Of a stretch of 64,000 nucleotides of DNA, positions 9,050 through 18,701 are shown one piece after another. A program made the position numbers and the translations under genes. The stretch comes from Acidimicrobiia bacterium (GTDB taxonomy: Bacteria; Actinomycetota; Acidimicrobiia; Spongiisociales; Spongiisociaceae): NCBI GenBank assembly GCA_003229305.1, contig QIDH01000055.1, positions 3,240 to 67,239 of the forward strand. Reading direction: 5' to 3'. Position 1 is the stretch's first letter, and every line of letters starts with the position of its first letter. Under the pieces are notes generated by a model. The model had not been told where the DNA came from. It did not search any database and saw only the letters and a program-made list of their open reading frames with translations.

Positions 9050-12000
9050 TTGAAACCGATGACGAGGACATATCCGACCAGGTGGCTTTCGATCTTGTTG
9101 GCTCTGATGCTGGTTGCTGCGGCCTGTACTTCGAACAGCGAGATTGCCGAGCCAGACGGTGTCGACGCCAAGCCGACCCAGGTGGATGTTCCAGGTCCCC
9201 TCGCAGTCGATGGGACGCCCGCCTTACTGCAGACGAGCGGTCCGCTCACTCTGACGTTGAGTGCCGGCCAGGGGTTGGCACCTGAGGCGGAAACGCTCAC
9301 GGTCGTCGACGGGCAGTCTCTGACAGACTCTCAGGTTCAGGCGATCGTCGACCGCCTGCCGACTTGGGCGCCGGACTCCGAAGACCAGGAGGACTTCGAC
9401 AGGCCGGCAGAGACCTTGCCACCGCCCCGCACCGGCGAGACGATCGAGTCCACCTTCCCGGTGTCGCTCGAAGCGCCAGGACCCGAAGCGGTACCGTCTG
9501 GTCCGCTGGAGGTACTCCGATTCCAACCAGACGGCGACGTGGATGTGGCCCCATCGATCAGCGTCACTTTCAACCAGCCGATGGTGCCGGTCACAACCCT
9601 GAGCCAACTCGATGCGCAAGACGTACCGGTCACGATCACCCCTGACTTGGTTGGCACCTGGCAGTGGATCGGCACCCGCACACTGCGGTTCGAGTACGAA
9701 TCCGACCTGTTCGATCGGCTCCCCATGGCCACCGAATACACGGTCGAGATTCCCGCCCGGACAACCTCGCAGTCCGGTGCAGAGTTGACCGAGACAGTTA
9801 CCTGGCAGTTCCAGACTCCAACGGTCCAGATCATCGATTTCTACCCCGAACGTGAGGGCCTTGCCCTCAACCCGATCTTCGTGGTCCGCTTCGACCAGCG
9901 GGTAGATCCGGCCGAGGTGCTGGAGACGGTGACCATGCGAGCCGACGGTGAAGTTCGGGCGATCCGGCTGGCCACCGAGGACGAAATAGCCGACGACGAA
10001 GAATTAGCTCGCCGAGTTTCGGCAGCGCTGGAGGGACGCTTTATCGCATTCCGTTCAGAAGAACCCTTTGACCCAGACACTCGCATTGCAATCACCTTCG
10101 GCCCAAACGTCCCCTCGTCTGAGGGCCCACGTACCTCTTCATCCACGCAGAGGTTCTCCGCCAGCACCTTCGCGCCGCTTCAGGTCGAGAATCAGAACTG
10201 CCAGGGCAGCGAGAGTTGTTATCCGCAGAGCCCTCTCAACATGTGGTTCAACAACGAACTCGACCTCGACGCCTTCTATCCGGCTTTGATCGAGATCGAA
10301 CCCGAGCTGGCCGGCGCAGTGATCAGCGCACAGGGCTCGTCGATCCTCATCCGGGGAGCGACCCGTGGTGCGACGACATACCAGGTGACCCTGCCGGCCG
10401 GTCTGAGGGACGTGTGGGGTCAGACCCTCGGTGAAGACGTGACACTCAGCTTCAAGGTCGGGCCCGCCCAACCACAGTTGATCGGGTTCCAGAGGGAACT
10501 ATTGACCACCGACCCGTATTCGGAGTCCCCCTCGGTCTCGGTCACTTCGGTCAACCACGAACGGCTCGATGTCGAGATCTACCGGGTCGAGCCATCCGAC
10601 TGGCCGAAGTACATGACAGCCCTGGAACGGCAGTATGACGAAAGCCGGTCGTTCAATTTCTCCGTTTGGGATCGGGTTGTCGACAGAGCAGTGGACGTGG
10701 GAGGCGAAGACGATCAGTTCACCGAAACGACGATCGACCTCAGCGACGCCCTGAACGGGGACACCGGCCAACTGGTGGTTGTTGTGTCACCAGAGCGACA
10801 GTTTCGACAGGACGATCCCCTCTACTGGTCGAACCGTCCGACGATGGTGTGGGTGCAGGTGACCAACATAGGCCTCGACGTGTTCACCGACCGTGATGAA
10901 ATCGTCGTGTGGACCACCGACCTTGCCACAGGAACGCCGCTGGCCGGCGTTGAGGTGAGTTTGGTTGGCGTCGGCACATCGTTGACGACCGGCGCAGGCG
11001 GCCTCGCGACCGCCGAGCTGTCGGCTGCGCGGACCGAGGTTGTCGTCGCGACCGACGGCACAGACGTAGCCATGCTGGCCTCCCCGTACGACAGCTTCGG
11101 GCGTGAACAGACCGATGATGTGGTGCTGTTTCACGTCTTCGACGACCGTGCCATCTATCGTCCAGGCGAAACCGTGAACGTCAAGGGTTGGGCCAGGCGC
11201 CTGAACATCAGCACCGACGCCCAGATAGCCCTCATCGGAGACAGTGCCAATCTCACCTACAGGGCATATGACTCCGTAGGCAACGAGATCGCAACCGGTA
11301 CCACCACGGTCAGCCGCCTCGGTGGTTTCGACTTCGCCTTCGACATCCCGGCGCAGGCCAATCTCGGTTTCGCGTACATCGACCTGTCGCTCGATGGAGT
11401 TTCTGGGATCGGTGGACCCCGCTCGACCTCGCAGCCGTTCCAGATTCAGGAGTTCCGGCGGCCCGAGTTCGAAGTGACGGCTCGCAACGAATCACCTGGC
11501 CCATACCTGCGGACCGACCCGGCGACGGTCGCCGTCGACGCCGCCTATTTCTCTGGTGGACCGCTCCCCAACGCTGAGGTGAACTGGGTCGTGACCACCC
11601 GCAATGCCATATACAGCCCTCCCAACTGGGATGAGTTCACCTTCGGGACGTGGGTGCCATGGTGGATCGGTGGACCCTTCTACGACGACTACTCATACGG
11701 CCGCGAATTCGGATACGCCGACGCGTATTTCGAAGATAGCTACTACATAGGCGATGGATTCTCAGGCGTCCCAGGGTTCGATCCGGGCGAGGTGAAAGAG
11801 TTCTCAGGCTTCACGGATGCCAACGGCTCGAACTTTCTCCAGATCGATTTCGGCGGTGACGAGACTGACCAGCCGGTGACGGTCAGCGCCCAGGCCACCG
11901 TGTTCGATGTCAACCGGCAGGCGTGGGCTTCGGCGACCGACCTGCTCATCCACCCCGCCGACCTGTACGTCGGCTTGCGCGGCGAGCGAACCTTCGTCCG

Positions 12001-15000
12001 CCAGGGTGACCCTCTCGAGATTTCGACGATCGTCACCGACATCGCCGGCAACATCGTCGCCGACAAGGCAGTGACGGTCGTGGCCGGCCGCCTCGAGTGG
12101 CGTATCGAGAACGGCATCTGGGACGAATTGGTCGTCGCCACCCAGACCTGCCAAGTCCGCAGCGAGACGGGCCCGGTGTCTTGCACCTTCGAAACCGATG
12201 AGGGCGGTACCTATTCGATCACAGCGACCGTGACAGACGACGCGGGTCGCAGCAACCGCAGCGAGCTGACCCGGTGGGTGAGCGGAGGCAATGCCAGGCC
12301 AACGCGCAATATCGAACAGGAACAGGTCACCCTCATTTCCGACAAGGCCGAGTACGCGCCAGGAGACACCGCTCAGATTCTGGTGGAAGCGCCATTCGCT
12401 GGTGGAAAGGGCATTGTCACCGTCGCTCGCAACGGCATCGTCTCGACCTCGCCCGTGGAGTTCGATGGTTCGACCGCCGTGTTGAGCATCCCCATTTCCG
12501 AAAGCGACATTCCGAACCTGCATGTCCAGTTCGATGTGGTCGGGGCGTCTGAGCGGCTGGCCGACGACGGAACCGTCCTGCCGGGAGCGCCTGATCGACC
12601 TGCGTTCGCGGTCGGAAATCTGGTGCTGGCAGTGCCCCCGACATCTCGAACATTGTCGGTGGAGATCGAACCGGCGGCCGCCACCATCGAGCCCGGCAGC
12701 CGCACCTCGGTTGCCGTGACGGTGACAGACGCGGCCGGCCGACCGGTCCAGGATGCAGAGCTGGCCGTTGTCGTGGTAGACGAGGCTGTGCTGGCTCTCA
12801 GCAACTACGAGTTGCTGGATCCGGTGAGCACCTTCTACCGCCAAATCCCCGCCGAGCTTCGATCCCGCTACGGCCGGTCCAGCCTGGTTTTGGACAATCC
12901 GCAGGACTTCGAAAAGGCAGGCATCGAGAACGCCGAGTTCAGTGGGGCCGCACGGGCCGGGGGAGACGACGTAGGGGCCGAGGGCCCGTTCGCTGCCGAC
13001 GGTGGCGAAGCCGCAGCCGGGTACGCAGGCAGCCAAGGACAGGCCTCCACCCCCACCATCGACGTTCGCACCAACTTCGATGCGCTGGCGGTCTTCGCCC
13101 CAGAGGTCACGACCGACGCAGATGGCCTTGCCACGATCCGAGTGCCGTTGCCGGACAATCTCACCCGCTACCGAGTGATGGTGGTGGCCGTTGACGGGGA
13201 CGACCAGTTCGGCTCGGCCGAGTCGAATATCACCGCCCGCCTGCCTCTGATGGTCCGCCCATCGGCACCACGTTTCTTGAACTTTGGTGACGAGTTTGAG
13301 CTCCCGGTGGTGGTCCAGAACCAGACCGACCAGCCGATGGATGTGGACGTCGTCCTCCAGACCGCCAACCTGGTAATGGCTGATCGCAGCGGGACCACGG
13401 TCACCGTTCCGGCCAACGACCGCATCGAGGTGCGCTTCGAGGTAGCGGCCGACCGCTCTGGCACCGCCCGGTTCAGGGTTGCGGCAGTCAGCGGAGGCGC
13501 ATCGGACGCGGCGGCCGTATCGCTGCCTGTGTACACCCCGGCCACGGCCGAAGCCTTTGCCACCTATGGGGTGTTGGACGACGATGGGTCGATCTCTCAG
13601 CCGATCCTCGCACCTACCGAGGTCTGGCCGCAGTTCGGAGGGCTGGAGATCAATACGTCCTCCACCGCCCTTCAGGCTCTCACCGATGCGGTGATCTACA
13701 TCAACGACTATTCCTATCGCAGCGCAGACGGTCTCGCCTCGCGCATCCTGGCCATCGCCGCGCTACGTGACGTGCTAGACGCCTTCGACGCAGAGGGCTT
13801 GGCGAGTCCTGCGCTACTCGATGCGACCGTTCAGGCCGACCTTGACGACCTGCGTTCGCTCCAGAACCCCGATGGCGGGTTCCCGATCTGGCGCCGGTTC
13901 GACATCTCATGGCCTTACCACTCTGTGCAGGTCGCCCATGCCCTGGTGGAGGCGAAGAACAACGGCTACGCCGTCCCAGCAGACACGCTGAGCCGAGCCT
14001 TGGACTATGTCCGGAACATCGAGAACTTCTACCCACCGACCTACGGCGAAAGAACCCGCAACACCATCAGCGCATACGCGCTCAACGTTCGCTATCTGGC
14101 CGGCGACACCGACTCTGGCAAAGCGGCCGATCTGTACCGGTCGGCCTCTGCCTCTGACATGCTGAGCCTCGAAGCCGTGGCCTGGCTGTGGCCGGTCGTC
14201 GACGATGCGTCGATCGAGCGGGAGATCGAGCGGCTGTTCAACAACCGGGCGACCGAGACAGCGGGAGCGGCCACCTTCACCACCAGCTACGGCGAGGATG
14301 ACTACCTGGTCCTGAACTCGAGTCGACGAGCCGACGGGGTAATCCTCGACGCGCTGATCGCTGAAGCGCCAGACAGTGACCTGATCCCGAAGGTCGTGGC
14401 CGGGTTGCTCGGAAACCAGACGAGAGGTCGCTGGGCCAACATGCAGGAGAACATGTTCATTCTCCTCGCCCTGAACAACTACTTCGACACCTTCGAATCC
14501 GAGGATCCCGACTTCGTGGCCAGGGTGTGGCTTGGCGATATCTACGCAGCGGAAACCACGTTCGAGGGACGATCAACCGATCGCAATGAAACTCTGGTGC
14601 CAATGGCCGACCTCATCGCCCAGGGTGACAGCGACCTCGTGGTGGACAAAGACGGTGCAGACGGCCGGCTCTACTACCGCCTTGGTTTGCGCTACGCCCC
14701 ATCAGACCTCGACCTCGATCCACTCGACCGAGGCTTCGTAGTCTCTCGCACCTACGAGGGTGTCGACGACCCTGATGATGTCAGGCTCGGCGACGATGGT
14801 GTGTGGCGCATCAAGGCTGGGGCGCAGGTCCTGGTCCGCCTGATGATGGTGGCCGACAGCCGCAGGACCCATGTTGCTTTGATCGATCCGCTCCCTGCCG
14901 GCCTCGAGTCGCTCAACCCCGCCTTGGCGGTCACACCGGACATCGACCTCGACCCGACCGTGGATCGCTCGTCGTACTACTACTGGCGTTGGTTCAACTA

Positions 15001-15193
15001 CCAGAACCTGCGCGACGACCGGGCCGAAGCCTTCGCGACGATCGTCTATGCGGGCACATACGAATACACATACGTGACCAGGGCCACCACCCCTGGAGAA
15101 TTCGTTACCCCACCAACCAGGGCCGAGGAGATCTACGCCCCGGAAACCTTCGGCCGCTCCGGCACCGACATCGTGGTCGTGGTCGTGGAGTAG
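9050..15193 (+). CDS. Alpha-2-macroglobulin family large lipoprotein, thioester-less (MagD/YfaS-like)
   Basis: 2047-aa ORF. The signal peptide has a lipobox-like LVAAAC. Repeated beta-sandwich (MG) regions are present, followed by a C-terminal A2M/TED-like region (GLLGNQTRGRWANMQENMFILLALNNYF). The position equivalent to the YPYGCxEQ thioester reads YSYRSADG. Confidence 0.85.
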   Translation: MKPMTRTYPTRWLSILLALMLVAAACTSNSEIAEPDGVDAKPTQVDVPGPLAVDGTPALLQTSGPLTLTLSAGQGLAPEAETLTVVDGQSLTDSQVQAIVDRLPTWAPDSEDQEDFDRPAETLPPPRTGETIESTFPVSLEAPGPEAVPSGPLEVLRFQPDGDVDVAPSISVTFNQPMVPVTTLSQLDAQDVPVTITPDLVGTWQWIGTRTLRFEYESDLFDRLPMATEYTVEIPARTTSQSGAELTETVTWQFQTPTVQIIDFYPEREGLALNPIFVVRFDQRVDPAEVLETVTMRADGEVRAIRLATEDEIADDEELARRVSAALEGRFIAFRSEEPFDPDTRIAITFGPNVPSSEGPRTSSSTQRFSASTFAPLQVENQNCQGSESCYPQSPLNMWFNNELDLDAFYPALIEIEPELAGAVISAQGSSILIRGATRGATTYQVTLPAGLRDVWGQTLGEDVTLSFKVGPAQPQLIGFQRELLTTDPYSESPSVSVTSVNHERLDVEIYRVEPSDWPKYMTALERQYDESRSFNFSVWDRVVDRAVDVGGEDDQFTETTIDLSDALNGDTGQLVVVVSPERQFRQDDPLYWSNRPTMVWVQVTNIGLDVFTDRDEIVVWTTDLATGTPLAGVEVSLVGVGTSLTTGAGGLATAELSAARTEVVVATDGTDVAMLASPYDSFGREQTDDVVLFHVFDDRAIYRPGETVNVKGWARRLNISTDAQIALIGDSANLTYRAYDSVGNEIATGTTTVSRLGGFDFAFDIPAQANLGFAYIDLSLDGVSGIGGPRSTSQPFQIQEFRRPEFEVTARNESPGPYLRTDPATVAVDAAYFSGGPLPNAEVNWVVTTRNAIYSPPNWDEFTFGTWVPWWIGGPFYDDYSYGREFGYADAYFEDSYYIGDGFSGVPGFDPGEVKEFSGFTDANGSNFLQIDFGGDETDQPVTVSAQATVFDVNRQAWASATDLLIHPADLYVGLRGERTFVRQGDPLEISTIVTDIAGNIVADKAVTVVAGRLEWRIENGIWDELVVATQTCQVRSETGPVSCTFETDEGGTYSITATVTDDAGRSNRSELTRWVSGGNARPTRNIEQEQVTLISDKAEYAPGDTAQILVEAPFAGGKGIVTVARNGIVSTSPVEFDGSTAVLSIPISESDIPNLHVQFDVVGASERLADDGTVLPGAPDRPAFAVGNLVLAVPPTSRTLSVEIEPAAATIEPGSRTSVAVTVTDAAGRPVQDAELAVVVVDEAVLALSNYELLDPVSTFYRQIPAELRSRYGRSSLVLDNPQDFEKAGIENAEFSGAARAGGDDVGAEGPFAADGGEAAAGYAGSQGQASTPTIDVRTNFDALAVFAPEVTTDADGLATIRVPLPDNLTRYRVMVVAVDGDDQFGSAESNITARLPLMVRPSAPRFLNFGDEFELPVVVQNQTDQPMDVDVVLQTANLVMADRSGTTVTVPANDRIEVRFEVAADRSGTARFRVAAVSGGASDAAAVSLPVYTPATAEAFATYGVLDDDGSISQPILAPTEVWPQFGGLEINTSSTALQALTDAVIYINDYSYRSADGLASRILAIAALRDVLDAFDAEGLASPALLDATVQADLDDLRSLQNPDGGFPIWRRFDISWPYHSVQVAHALVEAKNNGYAVPADTLSRALDYVRNIENFYPPTYGERTRNTISAYALNVRYLAGDTDSGKAADLYRSASASDMLSLEAVAWLWPVVDDASIEREIERLFNNRATETAGAATFTTSYGEDDYLVLNSSRRADGVILDALIAEAPDSDLIPKVVAGLLGNQTRGRWANMQENMFILLALNNYFDTFESEDPDFVARVWLGDIYAAETTFEGRSTDRNETLVPMADLIAQGDSDLVVDKDGADGRLYYRLGLRYAPSDLDLDPLDRGFVVSRTYEGVDDPDDVRLGDDGVWRIKAGAQVLVRLMMVADSRRTHVALIDPLPAGLESLNPALAVTPDIDLDPTVDRSSYYYWRWFNYQNLRDDRAEAFATIVYAGTYEYTYVTRATTPGEFVTPPTRAEEIYAPETFGRSGTDIVVVVVE

Positions 15194-15270
15194 GGGAGTT
15201 CGGTGTCAGATATCGGCTGCGAACTCAAAACCTGAGGCAAAAGGGCAGTTCTTGGGCCTACTTGCGAGTC

Positions 15271-15681
15271 CTACGGCCGCAACTCGACGAACCCGGCCGC
15301 GGCGAAATCCTGATCGAATGCGAACGCTTCGCGAATACGTCTGGATCGCATCACCTCGAAGCTCGTCGCATCTACAAACGAGTAAGACCTCTCGTCGTGC
15401 TTACGTAACCACCCCCACGCTTTGACTTCTTGGTCGGCTGTTACACCATGCATCGTCAGCTTGGCTTGCGTTTGCAGAGTGCCGACGCGATCAAGAAAGG
15501 CAACCGCAGCGTTGTGCCCTGCCTTGCGGCTCAGGAAAGTCCAGGTCTCGCCGACAATGAGGTTTGTTGTCAGCGTCTGTTCGGAGCCTCTTAGGTGATT
15601 GACTATCGCGAGAGCATCGTGGTGACGCTGGTCGCTGGGGAGTGACCAAGCCACCCACCAGCTCGTATCGACAAACTTCAA
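15271..15681 (-). CDS. vapC: PIN-domain toxin (VapC-like)
   Basis: 136-aa ORF with MKFVDTSWWVA (N-terminal Asp), a later FVDATSF acidic motif and FDQDF. It overlaps the upstream antitoxin by 4 nt. Confidence 0.75.
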   Translation of the reverse strand: MKFVDTSWWVAWSLPSDQRHHDALAIVNHLRGSEQTLTTNLIVGETWTFLSRKAGHNAAVAFLDRVGTLQTQAKLTMHGVTADQEVKAWGWLRKHDERSYSFVDATSFEVMRSRRIREAFAFDQDFAAAGFVELRP

Positions 15682-15923
15682 GGCCGGTAAACCACTTCAT
15701 CGATCTCGCCCGGATCGGCGGTCAGATTATGCGGAGCGAAACCAGCCAGTTCCTGCCACGGGCTCAGTACTCCCGCAGTCGACTTTTCGGGAAGGACCGC
15801 AGCCAGGCCCCTGCGAATCAATTCAGATTTGGAGATACCGCGGCGCCGAGCCTCGGCTGCTGCCTCTGCATCGAGCTTCTCAGGAATCGTGATCGTGATC
15901 GATTTCATTCCCCCATAATACAT
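15678..15923 (-). CDS. vapB: CopG/RHH-family antitoxin (VapB-like)
   Basis: 81-aa ORF with an ITITIPEKLDAEAAAEARRRGISKSELIRRGL ribbon-helix-helix signature. Confidence 0.75.
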   Translation of the reverse strand: MYYGGMKSITITIPEKLDAEAAAEARRRGISKSELIRRGLAAVLPEKSTAGVLSPWQELAGFAPHNLTADPGEIDEVVYRP

Positions 15924-16057
15924 ATGTTTCTACGCGTTGCCTACATAGTATTGGGGCCACGCCCTGAGGCGAAATCTGCGTTGGCGATTGAACGACAGAC
16001 ATCTGGGCGGTGGACCGAAGAATTCGAGATCTTCGCCGTCGGACCACGATTGCGAGG

Positions 16058-16879
16058 TCAGTCGCCGAAGATCTCGTACTGGCCGGAGTGGATCAGGGTG
16101 TGGATTCGCTGGGCGATGTGGTCCGGTGCGGAGTATTCGGGGTGGCTTCGCATCAGTCCGGCCGCGTCTGAGAGTTGCTCCATCTCTGCCACGCCCTTCG
16201 TGGCAGGATGCTCTGCATAGATAAGACGATCTGGATTGATTCGGCCGAGAGCCAATGCCGGCTTGATCCGTTTCTCACAGCGGCATCTGGCGTATTCCGG
16301 GCTGACCAGACCACAGTTGTCTCCGACGAAAGATCTCACTCTTGACCGAGCGCGGGACAGGCGCTTGCGGTAGGTGGCAGGAGCGACATCGCAGATGTAG
16401 GCCCCGTCCTCTGAGGACACCTCGAAGATCTCGCCGAGGATGTAGGCCACCCGATGATCACGATCGAGGCAGGTGAGCATCGCCTGAGTGCAGGCCAGGC
16501 GCACTTCGGTCGCCAACAATTCGGCAGCCGGGTCAGAATTTGGCGCGGCGTCTGCCAGGCCGGCCACCAGATCTTCCCCGTACAAGTCGAATGTGAGTTC
16601 CATCCTCTCCACTGCGGATTTCTTGCGATCCATCAGATGGTTGACTGCAATGCGGTGGACCCAGGTGCCGAACTTGGCCTCGCCCCGGAACGTGGAGATG
16701 CGAGTCATCACGCGGATCAGGATCTCCTGAGTTGCGTCTTCCGCCTCCACCGGCTGGGTGACCATTCGCAGCGCGAGGCGGTAGACGTTGTCGCGCACTC
16801 CGCTGACTAGATCGCTGAGGGCGTCCGCGTCGCCACCTTTGGCGGCCTCGACGAGACCCCGCTCGTCGACCTCCGTCAT
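16058..16879 (-). CDS. ECF-type RNA polymerase sigma-70 factor with a ~95-aa Cys-containing C-terminal extension
   Basis: Region 2 (DATQEILIRVMTRISTFRGEAKFGTWVHRIAVNHLMDRKK) and region 4 (YICDVAPATYRKRLSRARSRV) are recognisable. An extra C-terminal domain follows, carrying C-x10-CRC. Confidence 0.85.
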   Translation of the reverse strand: MTEVDERGLVEAAKGGDADALSDLVSGVRDNVYRLALRMVTQPVEAEDATQEILIRVMTRISTFRGEAKFGTWVHRIAVNHLMDRKKSAVERMELTFDLYGEDLVAGLADAAPNSDPAAELLATEVRLACTQAMLTCLDRDHRVAYILGEIFEVSSEDGAYICDVAPATYRKRLSRARSRVRSFVGDNCGLVSPEYARCRCEKRIKPALALGRINPDRLIYAEHPATKGVAEMEQLSDAAGLMRSHPEYSAPDHIAQRIHTLIHSGQYEIFGD

Positions 16880-17301
16880 GCCGGAAGCGGCGTACCGCGA
16901 GGCTGATCGATCATGACCAACCAGCTCCCGTCGCTCTGGCGGCGGACCACGTCAGCGCTGCGGCCACCGTCTCCGACAGCGGTGCCGTCTGGTGCGACGC
17001 CGGTCATCTTCCACTCGTTCGAGACGAGCGCGAGCTCGCCAACCGTCAACACTTTCTGTTCGGACACGTACTCGATTTGCGGCTTCAGGGCCAAGAATTC
17101 GCTCAACGCTTCGCGGATCTGGTCTTTACCGACCAGGACGACACCGGTCTGTGGCTCGAACACCGCGTCTGGTTCGTACAGCTCCATCAACTTGTCCAGG
17201 TCGCCGGTGGCTGCCCGCTCTGCGAACAGTTCCATCAGGTGTGTCGGCGAGGTCGCCTTCATTTCGGTTGTCATTTCTACTCCTAAGGATCGTTGCTTCA
17301 A
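16876..17301 (-). CDS. SnoaL/NTF2-like protein, translationally coupled to the ECF sigma gene
   Basis: 141-aa ORF with a 4-nt overlap to the sigma gene start. It has the DKLMELYEPDAVFEP pattern of SnoaL-like folds. Confidence 0.6.
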   Translation of the reverse strand: MKQRSLGVEMTTEMKATSPTHLMELFAERAATGDLDKLMELYEPDAVFEPQTGVVLVGKDQIREALSEFLALKPQIEYVSEQKVLTVGELALVSNEWKMTGVAPDGTAVGDGGRSADVVRRQSDGSWLVMIDQPRGTPLPA

Positions 17302-17361
17302 GGAGTTAGACGGTGAGGCGGGGTCAGTTGTGACTGGAAACTTGTACGTGTTTGTGAAGCG

Positions 17362-17757
17362 CTACGAGGAGGGGGTGATCACCACACCGCGGTCACCGTA
17401 TGGAATCCGGTTGCGTTTGATGATCCCACCTATGGTCCCCAGCGCCTTGGTGAGCTTGGTGATGAACCCGTACTTGGCCTTCACCTTGACCCTGATCGCA
17501 TCCAGTTCCGAACCCTGTACCAATCGAGCCGTTCCATCGGTTGGCTCGCTGCCTTCCGTTACTCGACCGCGCACGTCGCACGGTTGAATGGTTACCCGTT
17601 CGGTATGGGCGAGCCGCTTGGCCTTGCCCGATCCCGAGCTGGTCCAGAACGCGATGTCACCACCGTCAAGAGGCACAGCCCAGACAGTTGTCGGCACAGG
17701 GGTGCCATCACGGCGAAAGGTAGTCAGGAGCAGGTACTTCTCATCAGCAAGAGTCAT
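17362..17757 (-). CDS. PPOX-class (pyridoxamine 5'-phosphate oxidase-like) probable F420/FMN-binding protein
   Basis: 131-aa ORF with the KYLLLTTFRRDGTPVPTTVWAV motif typical of the PPOX split-barrel family. Confidence 0.7.
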   Translation of the reverse strand: MTLADEKYLLLTTFRRDGTPVPTTVWAVPLDGGDIAFWTSSGSGKAKRLAHTERVTIQPCDVRGRVTEGSEPTDGTARLVQGSELDAIRVKVKAKYGFITKLTKALGTIGGIIKRNRIPYGDRGVVITPSS

Positions 17758-17766
17758 GGCGCCACA

Positions 17767-18567
17767 CTAGATGCCGAGTCGAGGTGGGCACTCGACTATC
17801 TGGTAGCCGGACCATTCCGCCTCGAGGTTGTTGGACATGACCGATGCCTTCTTGGCCGTTTCGCCCAAGTCGATGTCGATCAACCCGAGAGCTTGGCCGT
17901 CACCGGCGGGGATGAGCACGGTTCCGTCCGGGGTGATCACCCGGCTGTCCCCTCGGAAGGTGGCCTCGACCGAGGCGAGTTGTTCGTGGCCGATTCGGTT
18001 GGCGACAATCACGAAAACCCGGTTTTCGAGGGCGCGCACCTTGAACACATCGAGGCTTTCCGGCCCGCCAAAGTTCGATGGGCAGCACAGGATCTGGACT
18101 CCGCCTTGCGTGAGGATCCTGCTTCGCTCCGGGAACCAGGCGTCGAAGCACATCACAGCCCCGATGGTCGCCTCTGGTACCTGATGGGTCGTGACCTGGC
18201 CGCCGACCGAGAACAGCGGTTGTTCGAGCCTGGTGAGGTGCCGCTTGCGCTGGCTTCGGACTGCTCCGTCCGGCGTGGCGATGACCGCGGTGTTGAACAG
18301 CTCGTCTCCATCTCGCTCGGCGACACCAAACACCAGCGTGGTTTCGGTGCTGCTGGCCAAGCTTGAAAGCCTGGCGACGGTCTGGCCGTCGAGAGGTTCC
18401 GCGAACTCTGCGAGCGCATCGGCCGATTCGAACAGGTAGCCGGTGGTACACAGCTCCGGCAAGACGATCAGATCGGCCCTGGCCCCATTGAGCGCGGCCT
18501 CGATGATGGAGACGTTGGCATCCGGGTCGCCTCTGACGACATCAAACTGGAAGTAGCCGACTCGCAC
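17767..18567 (-). CDS. Carbon-nitrogen hydrolase (nitrilase superfamily) protein
   Basis: 266-aa ORF with candidate E-K-C triad contexts (LIVLPELCTTGY; RKRHL; AVMCFDAWFPE). Confidence 0.85.
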   Translation of the reverse strand: MRVGYFQFDVVRGDPDANVSIIEAALNGARADLIVLPELCTTGYLFESADALAEFAEPLDGQTVARLSSLASSTETTLVFGVAERDGDELFNTAVIATPDGAVRSQRKRHLTRLEQPLFSVGGQVTTHQVPEATIGAVMCFDAWFPERSRILTQGGVQILCCPSNFGGPESLDVFKVRALENRVFVIVANRIGHEQLASVEATFRGDSRVITPDGTVLIPAGDGQALGLIDIDLGETAKKASVMSNNLEAEWSGYQIVECPPRLGI

Positions 18568-18701
18568 GACGACACCCTACCGGAGCTCGACCTTGATCTC
18601 CCGTGCCCGAGTGAAGGCGCCATCGAGGAGATCGAATTCCCAACACTCTGCTCGGGATAAACAGGCTGCGGAGGTTCTTTCGTCAGGCCACAGGCGATAT
18701 T

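Noticed and set aside
11804-13036. 410-aa minus-strand ORF inside the A2M gene, plus the many 60-170-aa ORFs between 9082 and 15408
   Set aside because: They are antisense or out of frame relative to a continuous 2047-aa ORF with domain logic. Their composition is low-complexity and Arg/Gly-rich.
9050-15193. Thioester (CxEQ) motif in the A2M homologue
   Set aside because: I searched the translated sequence. Cys occurs only six times and never in a C-x-E-Q context, so the protein is treated as thioester-less.
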